Of a DNA stretch of 64,000 bases, positions 59,986-64,000 are shown piece after piece. Source of the stretch: Pseudomonas aeruginosa PAO1. GTDB lineage: Bacteria; Pseudomonadota; Gammaproteobacteria; Pseudomonadales; Pseudomonadaceae. Numbering within the stretch: position 1 is the first letter of the stretch; each line of letters opens with the position of its first letter. A program made the position numbers and the translations under genes. Location of the stretch: assembly GCF_000006765.1 (NCBI RefSeq), contig NC_002516.2, one strand, 5' to 3'. The notes below the pieces were generated by a model that was not told the DNA's origin, ran no database searches, and saw only the letters and a program-made list of their open reading frames with translations.

Positions 59986-62151
59986 TCAGAAACCGACGCT
60001 GGCCTGCATGAACAGCGTTCGCGGCTGACCCACGTAGATTCCCGAATTGTTGTCGCTGGAGCGGGTGAAATACTGCTTGTCGAACAGGTTCTTCACCCCG
60101 AGTCCGAGCTTCAGGTTCGACGCCTGCGGGCCGAAGTCGTAGCCGACGCGGGCATTCCAGGTCACGTAGCCGGGAATGTCGCCGTACTGGCCGTCGGCGC
60201 TGGGCTCGGTGATGTAGTTGTGGGTGAAGTTGCCCTGGCTGTCGGTGCTCAGCCCTGGCGCGCGCTGCATGGACTGGGCGAAGGCGTCGAGGTTGTAGGT
60301 CCAGCGGTCGACCTCGTAGCGCACCCCGGCGGTGGCCACCTGGCGCGAGTAGAGCGGCAGGTCGCGCCCCTTGAAGGAGGGAATGTCGCCTTCGTAGGTG
60401 GCGCGGGTATAGGTGAGGCTGCCGTAGACCGACAGGCCGTCCAGGCGCGGATCGAGAGCGGCGAAGTCATAGTGGCCGGAAGTCTCGATGCCCTGGTGCT
60501 TGGTGGCGCCGAGGTTGGTCCAGCCGACGTCGTTGCTGACGTACTGCAGCTCGTCGTCGAAGTCGATGTAGAACAGCGTGATCTCGCCGCCCCAGCTGCC
60601 GTTGTCGTAGCGCGTGCCCAGTTCGTAGGTCTTGGCCTTCTCCGGCTCCAGGCCGGCGGCGGTATCGTTGCCGCTGCCGCCCTGGCCGAGCTGGAAGTAC
60701 TGCAGGCTGCCGAACGATTCGGAGTAGTTGGCGAACAGCTTCCACTCGTCGCTCAAGTGATACATCAGGCTCAGCGCCGGCAGCGGTTCGTTGTAGTCCT
60801 TGCTGCGCTTCTTCTCCTGCACCGGCTTGCCGTTCAGGCCGAGCACCGGGCGGTCGCGCCAGTCGCTGTCGATCTTCTCGAAGCGGATGCCGGGGGTGAT
60901 GGTCCAGTTGCCGACATCGATCTTGTCGTCGATGTAGAAGGCGCTGGCCTCGGTACCGCCGGTACGGTCCTGGTAGGTATGGCCGTCCGAGCCGGGACGC
61001 ACGGTCGGCACATTGTCGACCAGGGCCAGCTGGCTGGCGCGCTCGTTCATCGCTTCCTTCAGGTAGCGGTAGCCGATGCCGACCTCCTGGGTGGTCGGGC
61101 CGGCGAAGAAGATCCGCGAGACCCGCGGCTCCACCGCGAACACATGGTAGTCGCGCGGGTACGAGGTGATGGTCCTGAGGTTGCGCGCGGCGATGCTGCT
61201 GCCGCGGAAACTGTCGCTGTAGTAGGTGAGCACCTCGAACTGGGTGAGGTCGTCGACCTGGCGGGTGTACTTCAGCGAGAAGTCCTTGCGCCGACCACGG
61301 AAATTGTCCCAGTCGCGTACCGACTGGAAGGGATCGTCGTCGTACTGCGCCTGGGTCAGGCCGCCCGGCATATCGGCGTAGGCGTCGTAGTAGTGGAAGT
61401 TGGCCGCCAACTGGTCGCTGTCGGTGAGCTGCCAATGGGTCTTGAGCAGCACGTCGTCGATATCGTTGTCGTTGTTGCCGTCGCGGTAGTCGGCGCCCTT
61501 CACCCCGGAATACAGCAGCGCCACGCCCAGGCCGTTGTCGGCGGTCCCGCCGAGGAACGCCTGGTTGAGCTTCTTCCAGCCGCCGTGGCCGGCATGCTCG
61601 ATGGTGGTGCCGATTTCGCCGGAGAACTTCTCCGGAATCGCCCGGGTCACGAAGTTGATCACCCCGCCGACGTTCTGCGGGCCGTAGCGCACCGAGCCGG
61701 CGCCGCGCACGACGTCGATGCTCTCCAGGTTGCCGATGGACAGCGGCATCATCGACAGCTGCGGCTGGCCGTAGGGCGCCACCGCCGCCGGCACGCCGTC
61801 GATCATCACCGTCGAGCGCGGCGACAGGCGTGAAGTCAGGCCACGCACCCCGACGTTCAGGGAGATGTCGCTGCCGCCGGTACCGTTGTTGTCCTGCACT
61901 TGCACGCCGGGCACCTTGCGCAGCACGTCGCGGACGTTCTGCGCACCGCTCTCGAGCATTTCCCGACGACGCACCACGCTGCGCGCACCGGGATGGTTCT
62001 GCACCACCGCCTGGTCGGCTTCGCCCAGCCAGTCGCCGACCACGGTGACCGTGCCCAGCTCCTTGGCTTCCTCTTCGGCCTGCGCCGCCTGCATGGACAC
62101 ACCCAGCGCGATGGCGACGGCCAGGCGCGACAACGAACTCACGGACGACAT
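59986..62151 (-). CDS. TonB-dependent receptor (FecA-like, no N-terminal signalling domain)
   Basis: Signal peptide; LRKVPGV, GVRGL, RGAGSVRYGPQNVGGVIN plug; terminal F. Confidence 0.92.
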   Translation of the reverse strand: MSSVSSLSRLAVAIALGVSMQAAQAEEEAKELGTVTVVGDWLGEADQAVVQNHPGARSVVRRREMLESGAQNVRDVLRKVPGVQVQDNNGTGGSDISLNVGVRGLTSRLSPRSTVMIDGVPAAVAPYGQPQLSMMPLSIGNLESIDVVRGAGSVRYGPQNVGGVINFVTRAIPEKFSGEIGTTIEHAGHGGWKKLNQAFLGGTADNGLGVALLYSGVKGADYRDGNNDNDIDDVLLKTHWQLTDSDQLAANFHYYDAYADMPGGLTQAQYDDDPFQSVRDWDNFRGRRKDFSLKYTRQVDDLTQFEVLTYYSDSFRGSSIAARNLRTITSYPRDYHVFAVEPRVSRIFFAGPTTQEVGIGYRYLKEAMNERASQLALVDNVPTVRPGSDGHTYQDRTGGTEASAFYIDDKIDVGNWTITPGIRFEKIDSDWRDRPVLGLNGKPVQEKKRSKDYNEPLPALSLMYHLSDEWKLFANYSESFGSLQYFQLGQGGSGNDTAAGLEPEKAKTYELGTRYDNGSWGGEITLFYIDFDDELQYVSNDVGWTNLGATKHQGIETSGHYDFAALDPRLDGLSVYGSLTYTRATYEGDIPSFKGRDLPLYSRQVATAGVRYEVDRWTYNLDAFAQSMQRAPGLSTDSQGNFTHNYITEPSADGQYGDIPGYVTWNARVGYDFGPQASNLKLGLGVKNLFDKQYFTRSSDNNSGIYVGQPRTLFMQASVGF

Positions 62152-62213
62152 CGAGGCTCCCCCAGGGACGCAGGAAAAAGTGGGGCGCAAAATTACGGCA
62201 AATCGTAAAGAAC

Positions 62214-62232
62214 GTAAATACAAATGATTTGC
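62214..62232. promoter_or_regulatory. Probable Fur box
   Basis: GTAAATACAAATGATTTGC (11/19 to the classic consensus) in an AT-rich patch upstream of the TBDR. Confidence 0.5.
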
Positions 62233-62247
62233 AAATGTGAGCTTGAC

Positions 62248-63102
62248 TTATTCGTAGATCGTCAAGGATGAGCGCGCGCAGGCCGAGCGGTATTCACCCG
62301 GTGCCACGCCGTAGGCCTGCTTGAACTGGCGACCGAGGTGGCTCTGGTCGGCGAAGCCCAGCTCCAGGGCCACCTCCAGCGGCGCCCGGCCGCTCTTGAG
62401 CAGTGCCCTGGCCTGCTCCAGGCGGCGCTGCCTGAGCCAGGCGTGGGGCGGCATGCCGGTGGCGCGACGGAAGACCCGGGCAAAATGGAACGGGGACAGA
62501 TTGACCGCCGCCGCCAGTTCCTCCAGCGAAGGCGGATCGAGCAACCGCGCCGCCAGCAGTTCGCGGGCACGGGCCACCGCCAACGGCTCCTGCCCGGCCT
62601 TCGGCGCTTCTGGCAGGCGGGCGTGGCGACGGAACAGGGCGAGCACCGTCTCACGCCAGCGGGTCTGGGTTTCCAGGCTGTCGGCATGCTCGGCCAGCAG
62701 GCGGTGCAAGTGGACGAAGGCGCGTGCCAGGGGCTGGTCGTGGATCACGCTGTCGGCGAAGCGCGGCACGCCGCCATGATGGATTTCCAGCTCGTCGAGA
62801 ATCCCGTCGATCTGTTCCATTTCCGGGTAGTAGCCGCGATAGAGCCAACCGGCATCATGGGCCTTGGAGCCGGTGTGCACTTCGTCGGGGTTGATCAGCA
62901 CCATGCTGCCCAGCGGGGCCAGGTGCTCGCCGCCACGATGGCGGAAGCGCTGCGCGCCCTGCTCGATGATGACCAGGGCGAAGCTGCTGTGCACGTGCGG
63001 CGCGAAGCGCTGCTCCACATAGCGCGCGTGCAGCAGTTCGACGCCGCCCAGTTCGGCGGCGCGCCAGAAATGCGTGTGTTCTCCGCTCGTCTCGTCCGGC
63101 AC
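62248..63102 (-). CDS. AraC-family regulator
   Basis: FAPHVHSSF; LGFADQSHLGRQFKQAYGVAPG; GTG start with GAGGAG RBS. Confidence 0.9.
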   Translation of the reverse strand: MPDETSGEHTHFWRAAELGGVELLHARYVEQRFAPHVHSSFALVIIEQGAQRFRHRGGEHLAPLGSMVLINPDEVHTGSKAHDAGWLYRGYYPEMEQIDGILDELEIHHGGVPRFADSVIHDQPLARAFVHLHRLLAEHADSLETQTRWRETVLALFRRHARLPEAPKAGQEPLAVARARELLAARLLDPPSLEELAAAVNLSPFHFARVFRRATGMPPHAWLRQRRLEQARALLKSGRAPLEVALELGFADQSHLGRQFKQAYGVAPGEYRSACARSSLTIYE

Positions 63103-63168
63103 TGCCGTCTCCTCGTTCGCCCGTCCGGACGGGCCGCCCAGCATACCGCAGGAGCGACGGAACCGGCT

Positions 63169-63738
63169 TCAGCCGGTGAAGCTGGCTTCCAGCGCCGCCT
63201 TGACCTGCGGCCATTCGTGGTCGGTGATGCTGTAGACGAAGGTGTCGTCTAGCCGCCCGCCGGCCAGCCGCCGGTGGTTGCGCAGCACGCCCTCGCGCTG
63301 CGCGCCGAGCTTGTCGATGGCGCCCTGGGCGCGCAGGTTGCTCGCCGCCGTGCTGAGCTGCACGCGGACCATGCGCAGGTTGTCGAAGGCATGCTTGAGC
63401 ATCAGGTACTTGATCATGCGGTTCAGGCCGCTGCCGTGCTGGGCCTGGTCGAGCCAGGTCCAGCCGATCTCGCAGGCCGGCAAGGCGGGAAGGAACTCGG
63501 CGAAGCGCGTGGTCCCGACCAGTTGCACACCGAGGCGGACGGCGAGCGGCAACGCCCTGCCCTCGCGCTGCTCGGCGAGGCTCTGGCGGTACCAGTCCGG
63601 CCGCGTCGGTCCGTCCATGTACTGCAGCGCCTCGCGGTTGGCTTCGGCGAGGCTCACCAGCTCGGGAATGTCCGCTTCCACCAGCGGCTCGAGACGCAAG
63701 GCTCCGCGCTGCAGGGTGATCGGTAGCGGCTTGAACAT
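63169..63738 (-). CDS. RimJ/RimL-type GNAT protein
   Basis: EIGWTWL, N.RAQGAIDKLGA.REG; AGGAGG RBS before ATG 63738. Confidence 0.88.
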   Translation of the reverse strand: MFKPLPITLQRGALRLEPLVEADIPELVSLAEANREALQYMDGPTRPDWYRQSLAEQREGRALPLAVRLGVQLVGTTRFAEFLPALPACEIGWTWLDQAQHGSGLNRMIKYLMLKHAFDNLRMVRVQLSTAASNLRAQGAIDKLGAQREGVLRNHRRLAGGRLDDTFVYSITDHEWPQVKAALEASFTG

Positions 63739-64000
63739 GGGCGCCCTCCTCGACATCGACGCAAAACTCCGCTCCCATCAGAGCGTAGCGGCCGCGTTTA
63801 GTGCCGCAGCCGAAACCGGCTACGATGAACGGACAGCCGGCCGCCGGGGCCGTCCGCGCTCACGCAGCCCGGCACGCTACCAACTCCGCGCGTCCGGCTC
63901 AAGCATGCGTGCGACCTTGGTCGCAGGCGGCCTGACGCGCGGGCCGACAAGTGCGAAACTGGCGCGAAAGCAAGACCCCCGCCTCACGCCAGCTTCACGC

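Overview
A GC-rich, core-genome-like Pseudomonas aeruginosa segment. The gene order matches what I recall for roughly PA3206-PA3270 of PAO1; this was recognised from memory, not searched. It runs from the 3' part of a Cpx-type sensor kinase through trkH, an MCE/Mla-like transporter, cyaB, plcP-agt1, azoR3, ppiA, an actP operon, betX, mlaYZ, htrB, minCDE, a GntR/Pho-controlled ABC-hydrolase operon, prc, an EAL-CBS-GGDEF gene, an FKBP PPIase, tRNA-Asp/tRNA-Val, rdgC, a guanidine-II riboswitch with gdx, capB and a FecA-like TonB receptor. No integrase, IS, prophage or CRISPR array was found. The strongest candidate for an undescribed system is non-coding: a ~200-bp intergenic element (53378-53580) with a DnaA-box triplet spaced like the E. 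coli DARS cores, a consensus Fis site, a consensus IHF site and a fourth DnaA box, i.e. a possible DARS2/datA-like replication-control locus. Other leads are a putative nucleotidyltransferase/exonuclease writer-eraser pair behind actP, an orphan organophosphorus uptake operon under dual Pho/GntR control, a degenerate HATPase gene behind the Cpx kinase and an orphan antitoxin-like three-gene unit. All motif positions and counts were made by eye.
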